The position numbers and the translations under genes are program-made. Below the pieces are notes generated by a model that worked only from the letters and a program-made list of their open reading frames with translations, had not been told where the DNA came from and did not search any database. Below are positions 9,713 to 18,634 of a stretch of DNA of 64,000 nucleotides, in pieces. Source of the DNA: a bacterium (lineage in GTDB: Bacteria > Patescibacteriota > Minisyncoccia > Moranbacterales > GWC2-37-73); assembly GCA_037140955.1 (NCBI GenBank), contig JBAXDL010000002.1:28176-92175 (forward strand), given 5' to 3'. Every line of letters starts with the position of its first letter. Within the stretch, counting starts at the first letter, position 1.

Positions 9713-12013
9713 TTATTTTGCAATTATTTTTCCACCTTGCCCAATCTGATCAAGCTTAACCGAAAGCAGTTTTGAAATTCCATCTTCCCCCATGGTCACA
9801 CCATACAAAAGTGATGCTTGGCGCATGGTTTCACGATTATGCGTGATGGCAATAAATTGAGTTGTGCCAGAAAGTTCTTGCAAAATCTTGCTAAAGCGAG
9901 CTGAATTTGCTTCATCAAGGGCAGCTTCAACTTCATCAAGAATTGCAAATGGTGGTGGATTGTGAGAAATGATAGCAAAAAGAAGTGCCAATGAAGTCAG
10001 TGAGCGTTCTCCACCAGATAGCATGGACAAATTGGCAATTTTTTTGCCTGGCGGACAAGCAAAGATTTCAACCCCCACCTCACCTCTTTCATTTTCGGCA
10101 TCTTGATCTTCTTTTTCAGTTTCATCGCCAGCCTCTGATTCACTATTTTTGAATTTTGACTTTTGAATTTTGACTTTTGTCAGGTTTGCATTCCCTCCAC
10201 CGAAAATAATTTTGAAATATTTGGTAAATTCCTTGTTGATTTGCTCAAAAGCTTGCTCAAACTCAACTTTGATTCTTTGATCCATCTCCTTTATGATCTC
10301 TTCGAGAGAAACAAGTGCATCTGCCAAGTCTTTCAATTCTTGGGTCAAAAAATCAAAACGTGCATTTGTTTCAGTATATTCCTGAACAATCATTGGATCG
10401 ATTCCACCAATTTGCTCCATCTGAGTTTTGAGTCTCATGATGTCACGCTCAAGTTGCTCTCTGTTGATCTCTGTTCCATCATATTTCAATTCTTGCACTT
10501 CACATCTGAGTTCATCCTTGATTTCATTGACCAAATCTTCTTCTCGAACCTCAACTCTGGCCAACTTTATCTTTGCATCATTAAATTGATCCTTGATGAG
10601 ATTGAGCTGCTCCTGACGAGCGCGCGATTCTCTTTCAACTTGAAAAAATCTCTCACGCAAAGCTCGCACTCTTTGATTTTCTGCTGAAATTTCTTTTTCT
10701 ACTTTTTCAAAATCACCTCGAAGCTCAACTTCTTTTGCTTTGAATTTTTTCTTTTTCTCCTCAAGTTCAGCAATTTTGTTGTTGATCTCAGCAACCTCCT
10801 TGGAATTATCTCTTTTTACTGAAACTTCTCCCTTGCCAGATTGTTCATACAAGTCAAAAAGTTGCTGCTGAATGGCCCTGGCTGATTCTTTGATCTCCTG
10901 CAAGTCATCCATGTTTTCAGCCTCTTCAACGCGCAAAATGAGACGCTCCTGAGCCATGCGAATGTTGGAAAGTTTTGCTTGAACATATTTCAAATCAACC
11001 GGAATAATCTCAATCACTTTTTGATTGGCCAATTTTTCTTTTTCAACCACAATCCTTCCTTCTGAGATGATCAATTCCCGCTCAATGTCATTCAATTGAT
11101 AGCGAATTTGAGTTTTTTTCTTGTCCAATTCCACTTCAGCTCCTGCCTCCTGCGCTCTACTTGATTCATTGGTGAGCTCATCATTCATTTTGTCCACCTC
11201 TCTTTGCATGTTCATCATTGATGCTCCCAATGTTTCTTTTTCTTTCGAGAATTTTTCACGTTCATTTTGAAATTGATGCCACAAAAAAGAAAACAATTTT
11301 GTTTGTTTTTCTTTCAATTCATCAGAAACAATTTTTCCTTGTTGTGCTTTTTCAGCCTGACGTTTGAGCATCTTCAAATGCGGTTCAATTTCACGAATAA
11401 GCCCAGCAGTTCTTTCCATGTTTTCCTTGGTAGAATCAAGCTTTTTCAGTGCCCTGTCTTTTTTGATTTGATATTGCTTCACTCCAGCTGCATCTTCCAA
11501 CACGCTTCTGCGTTCAACTGGGGTGGCATTTAGCAAGGAATCAGACATTCCCTGATTGATCACACAATAACTTTCTTTTCCAACTCCAGCCTTGGCAAGA
11601 AGGTCGCTCACATCCAAAAGCCTGGAGCGATTTCCATTGATCAAATATTCTGATTCGCCAGAGCGATACAATTTCCTGGTGATGACAACTTCGCCATATT
11701 CCAAAGGAATTCTTTTGTCGCTATTGTCAAAATGAAGTGAAACCTGAGCACTGGAAAGTCTTGCCTTTGTTCCAGAACCTGCAAAAATGATGTCCTCAGC
11801 CTTTTTCCCACGCAAGGTTTTCATTGATTGCTCGCCCATGGCCCACTTGATTGCATCGGACGTGTTTGATTTTCCAGATCCATTTGGCCCAACAATAGCG
11901 GTTATCCCACAAGCTTCTCCTGCACTATTAAAATTCCCCGCTGGTAAAAATTCCAGCGCGGTTTTGTTTGCAAATGATTTGAAGCCCGATATTTCAACTT
12001 TTTTTAGATACAT
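9713..12013 (-). CDS. smc: Short SMC-family chromosome segregation ATPase
   Basis: GFKSF, Walker A GPNGSGKSN, LSGGE signature, LDEVEAALD, coiled coils; only 766 aa. Confidence 0.88.
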   Translation of the reverse strand: MYLKKVEISGFKSFANKTALEFLPAGNFNSAGEACGITAIVGPNGSGKSNTSDAIKWAMGEQSMKTLRGKKAEDIIFAGSGTKARLSSAQVSLHFDNSDKRIPLEYGEVVITRKLYRSGESEYLINGNRSRLLDVSDLLAKAGVGKESYCVINQGMSDSLLNATPVERRSVLEDAAGVKQYQIKKDRALKKLDSTKENMERTAGLIREIEPHLKMLKRQAEKAQQGKIVSDELKEKQTKLFSFLWHQFQNEREKFSKEKETLGASMMNMQREVDKMNDELTNESSRAQEAGAEVELDKKKTQIRYQLNDIERELIISEGRIVVEKEKLANQKVIEIIPVDLKYVQAKLSNIRMAQERLILRVEEAENMDDLQEIKESARAIQQQLFDLYEQSGKGEVSVKRDNSKEVAEINNKIAELEEKKKKFKAKEVELRGDFEKVEKEISAENQRVRALRERFFQVERESRARQEQLNLIKDQFNDAKIKLARVEVREEDLVNEIKDELRCEVQELKYDGTEINREQLERDIMRLKTQMEQIGGIDPMIVQEYTETNARFDFLTQELKDLADALVSLEEIIKEMDQRIKVEFEQAFEQINKEFTKYFKIIFGGGNANLTKVKIQKSKFKNSESEAGDETEKEDQDAENERGEVGVEIFACPPGKKIANLSMLSGGERSLTSLALLFAIISHNPPPFAILDEVEAALDEANSARFSKILQELSGTTQFIAITHNRETMRQASLLYGVTMGEDGISKLLSVKLDQIGQGGKIIAK

Positions 12014-12019
12014 AAAAAA

Positions 12020-12119
12020 GTGTAGAGTTTAAAGTGAAAAACTAAAAACAAAAAACAAACACGAAACATATAGCATCTTACATGCTTTTCGCTTTTAGCT
12101 ATAAGTTTTAAGCTTTTTT
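12020..12119. repeat. Gene-less hairpin element with 7-nt periodic arms
   Basis: TGTAGAG TTTAAAG TGAAAAA CTAAAAA ... TTTTCGC TTTTAGC TATAAGT TTTAAGC. Confidence 0.65.
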
Positions 12120-12304
12120 ATTGTACTATACTTTTTTATTTTAGAAAAGAAAAAAGACTTTTATCGATGATAAAAGTCTTTAGGTTGGTCTGGGTACATC
12201 TAATTTGATGTTTTTTTGCTTCAGGAGTCATCAAAATTAAATGCACCCGGATGTAAGATTTCAAAAATTCTTTTTGAAGAAGGTTTGAAATCAAAAGAGA
12301 TTTT

Positions 12305-12374
12305 AGGTGTCAGAGGTTTGGTGTGTTGTGTTCATAGCGCCATAATACTCAAACACCAACTACCTCTGACACCT
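12305..12374. repeat. Long GC-richer inverted repeat
   Basis: AGGTGTCAGAGG/CCTCTGACACCT perfect 12-bp arms plus inner TTGGTGT/ACACCAA. Confidence 0.7.
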
Positions 12375-12476
12375 TCATCATATAGCAAAGTGGCCTTTTG
12401 TCAATAATTCAGAATTAATCAAACAAAAAAAATGGCCAATTAAGGCCATTTTTAAAGATAAAATTTGAGCTAGTTT

Positions 12477-13469
12477 TTATTTGCAAATGTAGTGAGCCAT
12501 CTCCACCAAACGATTTGAATATCCCCATTCGTTGTCATACCAGCCAACAATCTTCACCTGATTTCCCATGCTCATGGTCAATGGCAAGTCAACAATAGAA
12601 GAATGTGGATTCATTTTATAGTCCATTGAGACAAGTTCTTTGTGTGTGGCATCAAGAATGTTGAGCATGCTTCCATTGGCAGCTTTTTCAAAAGCAGCAT
12701 TAATTTCTTCAACTGTCTTTGGTTTTGTGACTGTGCAAATGAAATCAACAATTGAAACAACTGGCGTTGGCACGCGCAGAGCAATTCCGTCCAACTTTCC
12801 TTTGAGATGTGGAATCACCTTTCCAACTGTCTTGGCAGCACCAGTGGTGGTTGGAATAATAGAAAGTGCAGCAGCACGTGCTCTTCGCATGTCACGATGA
12901 GGTAAATCCAAAAGATTTTGATCGTTGGTATATGAATGAGTGGTTGTCATGAACCCCTGCTCAACATCACAAAGATCATCCAAAACTTTGATCATCGGAG
13001 CCAAACAATTTGTGGTGCAAGAACCATTGGAAACAATTTTTTCGCCGTTATATTCTTTTTCATTGATGCCAAGCAAGAAAACTGGCACATCATCTTTTGG
13101 TGGAGCAGAAAGCACAACTTTCTTTGCACCAGCTGCAATGTGTTTTCCAGCACCTTCTTGATCCAAGAATATTCCAGTGCAATCAAGCACAACATCAACT
13201 TCCAATTTTCCCCATGGCAATTCCAAAGGATCCTTTTGTGAAAAATATTTTATTGGCTTTCCATCAATAATGATCTCGCTATTTTCCTTGTCTACTTTTA
13301 CATCGCGCCCATACACACCATATGATGAATCATATTTCAAAAGATGTGCACTTGTTTCAATGTCAGTCAAATCATTAATAGCCACAACTTCCATATCATT
13401 CTTTTCGAAAACTATTTTCAATGATGGTCTTCCAATACGACCAAAACCATTAATTGCAACTTTCAACAT
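12477..13469 (-). CDS. gap: Type I glyceraldehyde-3-phosphate dehydrogenase
   Basis: INGFGRIGR, GSCTTNCLAP, WYDNEWGYS. Confidence 0.98.
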   Translation of the reverse strand: MLKVAINGFGRIGRPSLKIVFEKNDMEVVAINDLTDIETSAHLLKYDSSYGVYGRDVKVDKENSEIIIDGKPIKYFSQKDPLELPWGKLEVDVVLDCTGIFLDQEGAGKHIAAGAKKVVLSAPPKDDVPVFLLGINEKEYNGEKIVSNGSCTTNCLAPMIKVLDDLCDVEQGFMTTTHSYTNDQNLLDLPHRDMRRARAAALSIIPTTTGAAKTVGKVIPHLKGKLDGIALRVPTPVVSIVDFICTVTKPKTVEEINAAFEKAANGSMLNILDATHKELVSMDYKMNPHSSIVDLPLTMSMGNQVKIVGWYDNEWGYSNRLVEMAHYICK

Positions 13470-13630
13470 ATTTTTTTATTTTAATTATAAAAAATAATTT
13501 TTAATTTTTAATTTTCACCCTGCGGGTGCGAGTAATTTTATAAATAAATCATAATGTTTTAATTTTTTAAACATTAGAAATTTAAGAATTATTTAAAAAT
13601 TATAAAATTAAAAATTAAAAATTTTGCAAA

Positions 13631-13906
13631 CTATTGTCCTTCAATTTCAGTCAGATGCCAATGCTCACCTTTCACTTTTTTGATATTAAACTTTGTTCTT
13701 TCAAGAATTGTGCCTTTGGCAATGTTTTTGATTCCAAATTTCAAATTATCAATACTGATGTCTTCTGTGTGTTTTTCATGACCATCGTGCGCCAATGCAA
13801 TTTGCCCAATTTCCAAATTCACATATTCAATCTGTGAAAGTTTCTCACTTTTCACAATTTTCATGATATCATCAACAATTTCCTTGGCCAGCATAAAATC
13901 ATGCAT
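13631..13906 (-). CDS. hypA: HypA-like nickel metallochaperone (atypical, no Zn-binding cysteines)
   Basis: MHD N-terminus, VNLEIG, LKFG..IAKGTILE, LTEIEG; hydrogenase context. Confidence 0.72.
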   Translation of the reverse strand: MHDFMLAKEIVDDIMKIVKSEKLSQIEYVNLEIGQIALAHDGHEKHTEDISIDNLKFGIKNIAKGTILERTKFNIKKVKGEHWHLTEIEGQ

Positions 13907-13910
13907 ACGA

Positions 13911-13942
13911 GAGTGTAAAATGTAAAGTGTAAAAATAAAAGT
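13911..13942. repeat. Heptamer arm at the 3' end of the four-helix-bundle gene
   Basis: GTGTAAA ATGTAAA GTGTAAA AATAAAA G. Confidence 0.7.
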
Positions 13943-13946
13943 ACAC

Positions 13947-14312
13947 TCAACTCTTTTTTCTTAATGTAATTATACTTGATCCTAAAATATTTGCTATTTC
14001 TTGCGTTTCCTTTAAAATTTTCTCAGCCTTTTCTTTTTCTGCTTTTTTAGTGTCCCGCAATAATCCTAACCAGAATTTTGTTTCATTTGCAGACTTAAGC
14101 GCATAACTAAAAAAATTTGCAAAATCTTTCCTGGAGGCACCAGCTTGCGCTTCAACAATATTTGCACCAATACTAGTTGCGCTTCTCAATAATTGCTTTG
14201 AAATAACTTCAGTACTGAAATCTCGCTTATTTAATCCATCAACAAACATTATGACATCAATTGCATAGAAATATGCTCTGTGCTTCAATTATGTTTTATT
14301 TTTTTCTTGCAT
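13947..14312 (-). pseudogene. Four-helix-bundle protein (23S rRNA IVS-protein-like) with in-frame TAA at codon 8
   Basis: QLLRSATSIGANIVEA, SRKDFANF, ALKSANETKFWL; ATG at 14312 reads MQEKNKT*LKHRAY; a TTG restart at 14288 is possible. Confidence 0.7.
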
Positions 14313-14349
14313 TTTAGTTTTTCGTTTTTAGCTTTGCGTTTTGCACTTT
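14313..14349. repeat. Complementary heptamer arm at the 5' end of the four-helix-bundle gene
   Basis: TTTTAGT TTTTCGT TTTTAGC TTTGCGT TTTGCAC TTT. Confidence 0.7.
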
Positions 14350-15612
14350 CTAGTGGACCGCGCAGCTGATACATGGGTCGTAGGCACGAATGAAAGCGCG
14401 CATTTTTCGTTCCATGGCTTTTTCGTCTTTGTCCAAAATTCCAGGAATAAAGGCGGCTATGTCATCTTCCAGATGTGTCAAAACTTGAGCTGTTGGAGTG
14501 ATGATATTTGCATTTTTGATATACCCTTTTGCATCAATATCAACCCAATAATACAAGGTTCCGCGTGGAGCTTCAATGGCAGCAGCAGCCGACCCCTCAC
14601 GCACAGTATATTCCTTTGTGATTGCATTTTCAAGGTTTTCATGTGTAAGCTCTTTGAGCAAGCGAATTGAATCCTCAATGCAATGCACAACCTCCACCAT
14701 TTGATATATAACATTGTGAAATGGATTATAGTCTGGCAAATTAAATTCCAAACTTTTCAGATATTTTTGAGCAGCAGGACTCAATTGTTCGTGATTATTG
14801 TTAATTCTGGCAATAGCGCCAATCATATAACTTGTTTTTCCATCACGTTCAACTCTCTTGATGACCTCCTTTGGACGTTGAAATTCATGAAAACTTTCTT
14901 CAAATTTTTGAGCACTAACATTCAATCCTTTGTTTGAAATAACATCACCCTCGCAAATTGCATATTCACCTTTTGTGCGAAGACAAACATATTCAGTTGG
15001 ACGAGAAAAATTTGGAACTTTAATTGTTTTGAAAAATGCTGCCAATTCCAAGGCTATTGGCAAAATCTCCTCCCCATTGGCAATAAGCTTTTGCAATTGA
15101 TCAACTGTTGGAACTTTTTTGAAACCACCAACTTCATTTGTGAGAGAATGAACGACTCGGCCACCAAGAGTTTTGACAATAGCCATGCCATATTCACGAA
15201 TTTTCACCGCCTTGATTGTTTCTTCGGGATAGGCTTTGATCAAATCCAAGTCATTTTCAATGTCCAAAAAATCTGCCAATGACAAAAAGAAAAGATGCAG
15301 CGCGTGAGAATGAATAAATTGAGCATGCTCCAAAACTTTTCGCATTTTTATTGTTTCTGGTGTGACCTCAACCTTCATTGCATTTTCAATGGCCTTGATT
15401 GCTGTCAGATTGTGCACAATTGGACAAATACCACAAATTCGCTGGGCGATTGTTGGCATGTCTTTGTAATTTCGGCCAACCAAAATCCCTTCAATCAAGC
15501 GAATTCCCTCTTGCACTTCAAATTTGGCTGATTTCACATCGCCCTTGATAACACTAGCCATAAAGCCAGTATGTCCTTCAATTTTTGCAATGTGATTTAT
15601 TTTTATATTCAT
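14350..15612 (-). CDS. [NiFe]-hydrogenase large subunit, group 3b-like
   Basis: KIEGH, L1 motif RICGICPIVH, EAPRGTL, L2 motif YDPCISCAVH at the extreme C-terminus. Confidence 0.93.
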   Translation of the reverse strand: MNIKINHIAKIEGHTGFMASVIKGDVKSAKFEVQEGIRLIEGILVGRNYKDMPTIAQRICGICPIVHNLTAIKAIENAMKVEVTPETIKMRKVLEHAQFIHSHALHLFFLSLADFLDIENDLDLIKAYPEETIKAVKIREYGMAIVKTLGGRVVHSLTNEVGGFKKVPTVDQLQKLIANGEEILPIALELAAFFKTIKVPNFSRPTEYVCLRTKGEYAICEGDVISNKGLNVSAQKFEESFHEFQRPKEVIKRVERDGKTSYMIGAIARINNNHEQLSPAAQKYLKSLEFNLPDYNPFHNVIYQMVEVVHCIEDSIRLLKELTHENLENAITKEYTVREGSAAAAIEAPRGTLYYWVDIDAKGYIKNANIITPTAQVLTHLEDDIAAFIPGILDKDEKAMERKMRAFIRAYDPCISCAVH

Positions 15613-15651
15613 AGATTTTTTATGTTTAATATTTTTGTAAATAGTATGTGA

Positions 15652-15750
15652 AAATATGTTTTTATTTTTGCGCTTAAAACAAGATTCCTTGGTTGTTATT
15701 TCGAAAGTTGCAATTGTTTTTCCGCGCCAAAAATAAAAATATATTTGAAC
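15652..15750 (-). repeat. ~100-bp inverted-repeat element, copy A
   Basis: Reverse complement AATATATTTTTATTTTT..GAAAAACAATTGCAACTTT..AATAAC..CCAAG..CTTGTTTT..AAAAATAAAAACATAT matches 58622-58766 and 61041-61144. Confidence 0.72.
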
Positions 15751-15758
15751 AATCTAAC

Positions 15759-16550
15759 CTATCCCTTGTGCTCCCCTTCCCATTTCTCAACATCATCACG
15801 AAGACCAAAAATCTCAGTAGTGTTTTCAAATTCTTCATCTGTCATCATGTTTTTGAGCGCCATCTTCATTGATTTGACATTAGCAGTTGGACGCAGACCG
15901 CGACAACCTTGGCATCCCATGCGAGAACTAGGGCAAACGGCCTCACATCCACCCAGAATCATTGGACCAAAGCAAGGCTTTTTGTCCAAAAGCAAACAAC
16001 GATTTCCTTGCTCTTTGCACTGCACACAAACTGGACTGTCAGGAATTGTTGGCAAAGCAGTGCCATCCTTCACGTTTGCTAGCAATATCGGAAAATATGC
16101 CAAAAATTCTTCTCCTGTGATTGGACAACCAGGGAAAGTAAAATCAACCTTCACAAAATTATTAACTTCTTTGATTTCTTCATTCTCAATTCCTTGCATG
16201 TATTTGTACACATGCTTGATGGTGTTTTTTCCTTCTTGATAATTTTTAATCTCTGGCACACCACCCATGGCAGCGCAGTTTCCAATCACCACCAACAATT
16301 TGCTGCGTTTTCGAAGCTCCAAGAGAGTTTTGATGTTTGCTTTGGTGGCAGGATTTCCCTCCACAAAGGCAATGTCCAAATCAACACCTGGATCTTCCAA
16401 ATCCTCCAGCAAACGAAAATCAACCATCTCAACTTGCGCCACAGCTTCCAAAAATTTGACACCCAAATCCAAAAGCACAAATTGACACCCTTCGCATGAT
16501 GTCAAAGAAACAATAGCAATTTTTGGTTTTTTCACTTCTTGATTTTCCAT
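15759..16550 (-). CDS. [NiFe]-hydrogenase small subunit, group 3b-like
   Basis: LTSCEGCQ, GNCAAMGG, PGCP, VCVQC, CFGP, C..VCP, GCQGCRG Fe-S motifs. Confidence 0.92.
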   Translation of the reverse strand: MENQEVKKPKIAIVSLTSCEGCQFVLLDLGVKFLEAVAQVEMVDFRLLEDLEDPGVDLDIAFVEGNPATKANIKTLLELRKRSKLLVVIGNCAAMGGVPEIKNYQEGKNTIKHVYKYMQGIENEEIKEVNNFVKVDFTFPGCPITGEEFLAYFPILLANVKDGTALPTIPDSPVCVQCKEQGNRCLLLDKKPCFGPMILGGCEAVCPSSRMGCQGCRGLRPTANVKSMKMALKNMMTDEEFENTTEIFGLRDDVEKWEGEHKG

Positions 16551-16655
16551 ATTTATTTTATTTTTATTTGTAATATTTGCACACTAATAAAACCTATTTT
16601 ATTGTATCATATTTTTAAACATAAAAAAATGAGGATTCTTAGAATCCTCATTACA

Positions 16656-17318
16656 CTACATCCTTTTTTTCAAAATTGAAAGATATGGAAAGTCAAAATG
16701 ATTAACATTTCCAGCCAAAAACCTTGCAGCCTCCATAAAATCAGAGTCATTTGCCTGTGAATACAAAAGATTCTTAATCAAAACAACACCTGGCGCATCA
16801 TCAACAACCATGGGATAGTGACAAAGCACAGTTTTTCCCTCAATCATTTCTTTTCTGTCTTTCTCCCAAAAAAGAATACCATTGACTTTGACTGCAACGC
16901 TGCCATTTCGATATTCACCGATCATAATATTGTCTTTTGGTGAAACCTTTTTGATCACAATTGGCATCAGCATGTGATTGAAGATGGTGTAATTGTAAAA
17001 CTTTCCACCTCTGGGGATTTGCTCCTTTACAAGATCACCCAAAACAACATCCGTGTGAAACGATGAGCCAAAATAATTTACAATCACCTCCCTGTCAATA
17101 TCTTTTTTGCCAAGATTTTTTGCAACCAAAACAATAGCTTCTTTGCGTTCATCCCATTGTTGCAGCTTTTTGCAAAATTTTGCAAAATCAATATCAATCT
17201 TCTTTGCTAAATTTTCTTCAATAACCTTGCGATTATTTTCACTACTAGGTTTCCCATCAACATAGCAACTGAAAAACATTTTGTAAAAAAGCTCCATCGC
17301 ATCAGCAGTAATTTTCAT
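16656..17318 (-). CDS. Hypothetical protein coupled to hypC
   Basis: Starts 3 nt after the hypC stop; C-terminal GKTVLCHYPMVVD resembles the HypC GDxVLVH motif. Confidence 0.6.
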   Translation of the reverse strand: MKITADAMELFYKMFFSCYVDGKPSSENNRKVIEENLAKKIDIDFAKFCKKLQQWDERKEAIVLVAKNLGKKDIDREVIVNYFGSSFHTDVVLGDLVKEQIPRGGKFYNYTIFNHMLMPIVIKKVSPKDNIMIGEYRNGSVAVKVNGILFWEKDRKEMIEGKTVLCHYPMVVDDAPGVVLIKNLLYSQANDSDFMEAARFLAGNVNHFDFPYLSILKKRM

Positions 17319-17321
17319 GGC

Positions 17322-17528
17322 CTATTTCCTTTCATTGATTATGTTAAAGATCTCTTGAGCTTGTCTTTTGTCCATTTTTTCAAGCACAACATTTTGCTGC
17401 GACATGACAAAATCACCGATTGCTAATTCTACAATAGTTTTCATTTCCTGTCTATCGCCCTTGAAATCTTCTACCACCACAAGATCACCCCTGACTTCAA
17501 CGACTTTTTTTGGAATTGTTAGGCACAT
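17322..17528 (-). CDS. hypC: HypC/HybG/HupF-family hydrogenase chaperone
   Basis: MCLTIP N-terminus, IGDFVM, EKMD..QAQE. Confidence 0.85.
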   Translation of the reverse strand: MCLTIPKKVVEVRGDLVVVEDFKGDRQEMKTIVELAIGDFVMSQQNVVLEKMDKRQAQEIFNIINERK

Positions 17529-17529
17529 A

Positions 17530-17637
17530 TGAAAAACTATAAACTAAAAGTGCAAAACTAAAAGCAATCTAGTCTTACCTTTTTATTTTTTTATATTTTA
17601 TACCTTTAACTTTTCGCCTTAAGCTTTACACTTTCAG
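17530..17637. repeat. Gene-less heptamer-arm hairpin, same family as the four-helix-bundle flanks
   Basis: CTATAAA CTAAAAG TGCAAAA CTAAAAG ... CTTTAAC TTTTCGC CTTAAGC TTTACAC TTTCAG. Confidence 0.7.
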
Positions 17638-18567
17638 TTATTCTTCTCCAACTTCAACTGATTTTTTGTGATGATTATGTTTGGCCTCATCTTCTTTTGT
17701 GACAACGCATTTTCCATCACTGCAAAAATCAATCATTTTTTTCATTACAGTTTTTTTAACTTCCTCTTGTGCATCGCCAAGAATCTTGCGAATATCAAAA
17801 GAAATTTCATTTTGAGATCTGACAGTTTTGATTATGCTATTTATAAATGAAACACGTGTTGCTGTGTCAACATTGAAGCAATTAACCCCACGCTTAACAA
17901 CCTCTTTGACCCTGCCATTTTCCCAATCAGATGCGCCATGCAAAACAATCGGCACATCAACATTAGCCCTTATTTTCTCAAGTCTTGCATAATCAGGCTC
18001 ACTGCGCTCCTTCACAAATCCATGCGCATTTCCAATAGCAACAGCCAAGGTGTCGATTCCAGTTTTTTCCACAAACTCAGCAGCCTCATCAGGATCAGTC
18101 ATATATTTGTCCCAATCAACATCGCCAGCATCCATTTCTCCAATATATGGAACACTACCAAGCTCTCCTTGAACATCAACACCTTTTTCATGACAATAAT
18201 CGACAACATTTTTTGTGATCAAGATATTGTCATTAAGATGCTTTCTGGATCCATCAATCATCACTGAATTGAAACCAATCTCCACGCATCTCTTGCAAAT
18301 GTCAAAACTCTTGCCATGATCAAGATGAATTCCAATTGGAATTTCTGGTGCATACATTTCCGCCATATTTTTCACAATATTGAAAATCTGCCGACCACCA
18401 GCATAGTCCAAAGTTTTTTCAGTAATTTGAACAATAACAGGACTATGCATTTCTCTGGCAGCCTCAATAATAGCCCTGGTTGTTTCCATGTTGGTGGTGT
18501 TAAATGCTCCAACAGCATATCCACCTTCTTTTGCTTTTGTAAGAATTTCTTTTACACTGGTTATCAT
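17638..18567 (-). CDS. fba: Class II fructose-bisphosphate aldolase
   Basis: YAVGAFN, HLDHG, SVMIDGS, AIGNAHG, VLHGAS. Confidence 0.95.
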   Translation of the reverse strand: MITSVKEILTKAKEGGYAVGAFNTTNMETTRAIIEAAREMHSPVIVQITEKTLDYAGGRQIFNIVKNMAEMYAPEIPIGIHLDHGKSFDICKRCVEIGFNSVMIDGSRKHLNDNILITKNVVDYCHEKGVDVQGELGSVPYIGEMDAGDVDWDKYMTDPDEAAEFVEKTGIDTLAVAIGNAHGFVKERSEPDYARLEKIRANVDVPIVLHGASDWENGRVKEVVKRGVNCFNVDTATRVSFINSIIKTVRSQNEISFDIRKILGDAQEEVKKTVMKKMIDFCSDGKCVVTKEDEAKHNHHKKSVEVGEE

Positions 18568-18634
18568 ATTTTTTAGTCCATAAAGTCAAAAGTCACAAGT
18601 CCTTAACGCTTGATGGACTTTTAGCTTTTAGCTT

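Noticed and set aside
13947-14312. Diversity-generating retroelement (Avd-like gene)
   Set aside because: No reverse transcriptase in the window, and none of the repeat pairs shows adenine-specific mismatches.
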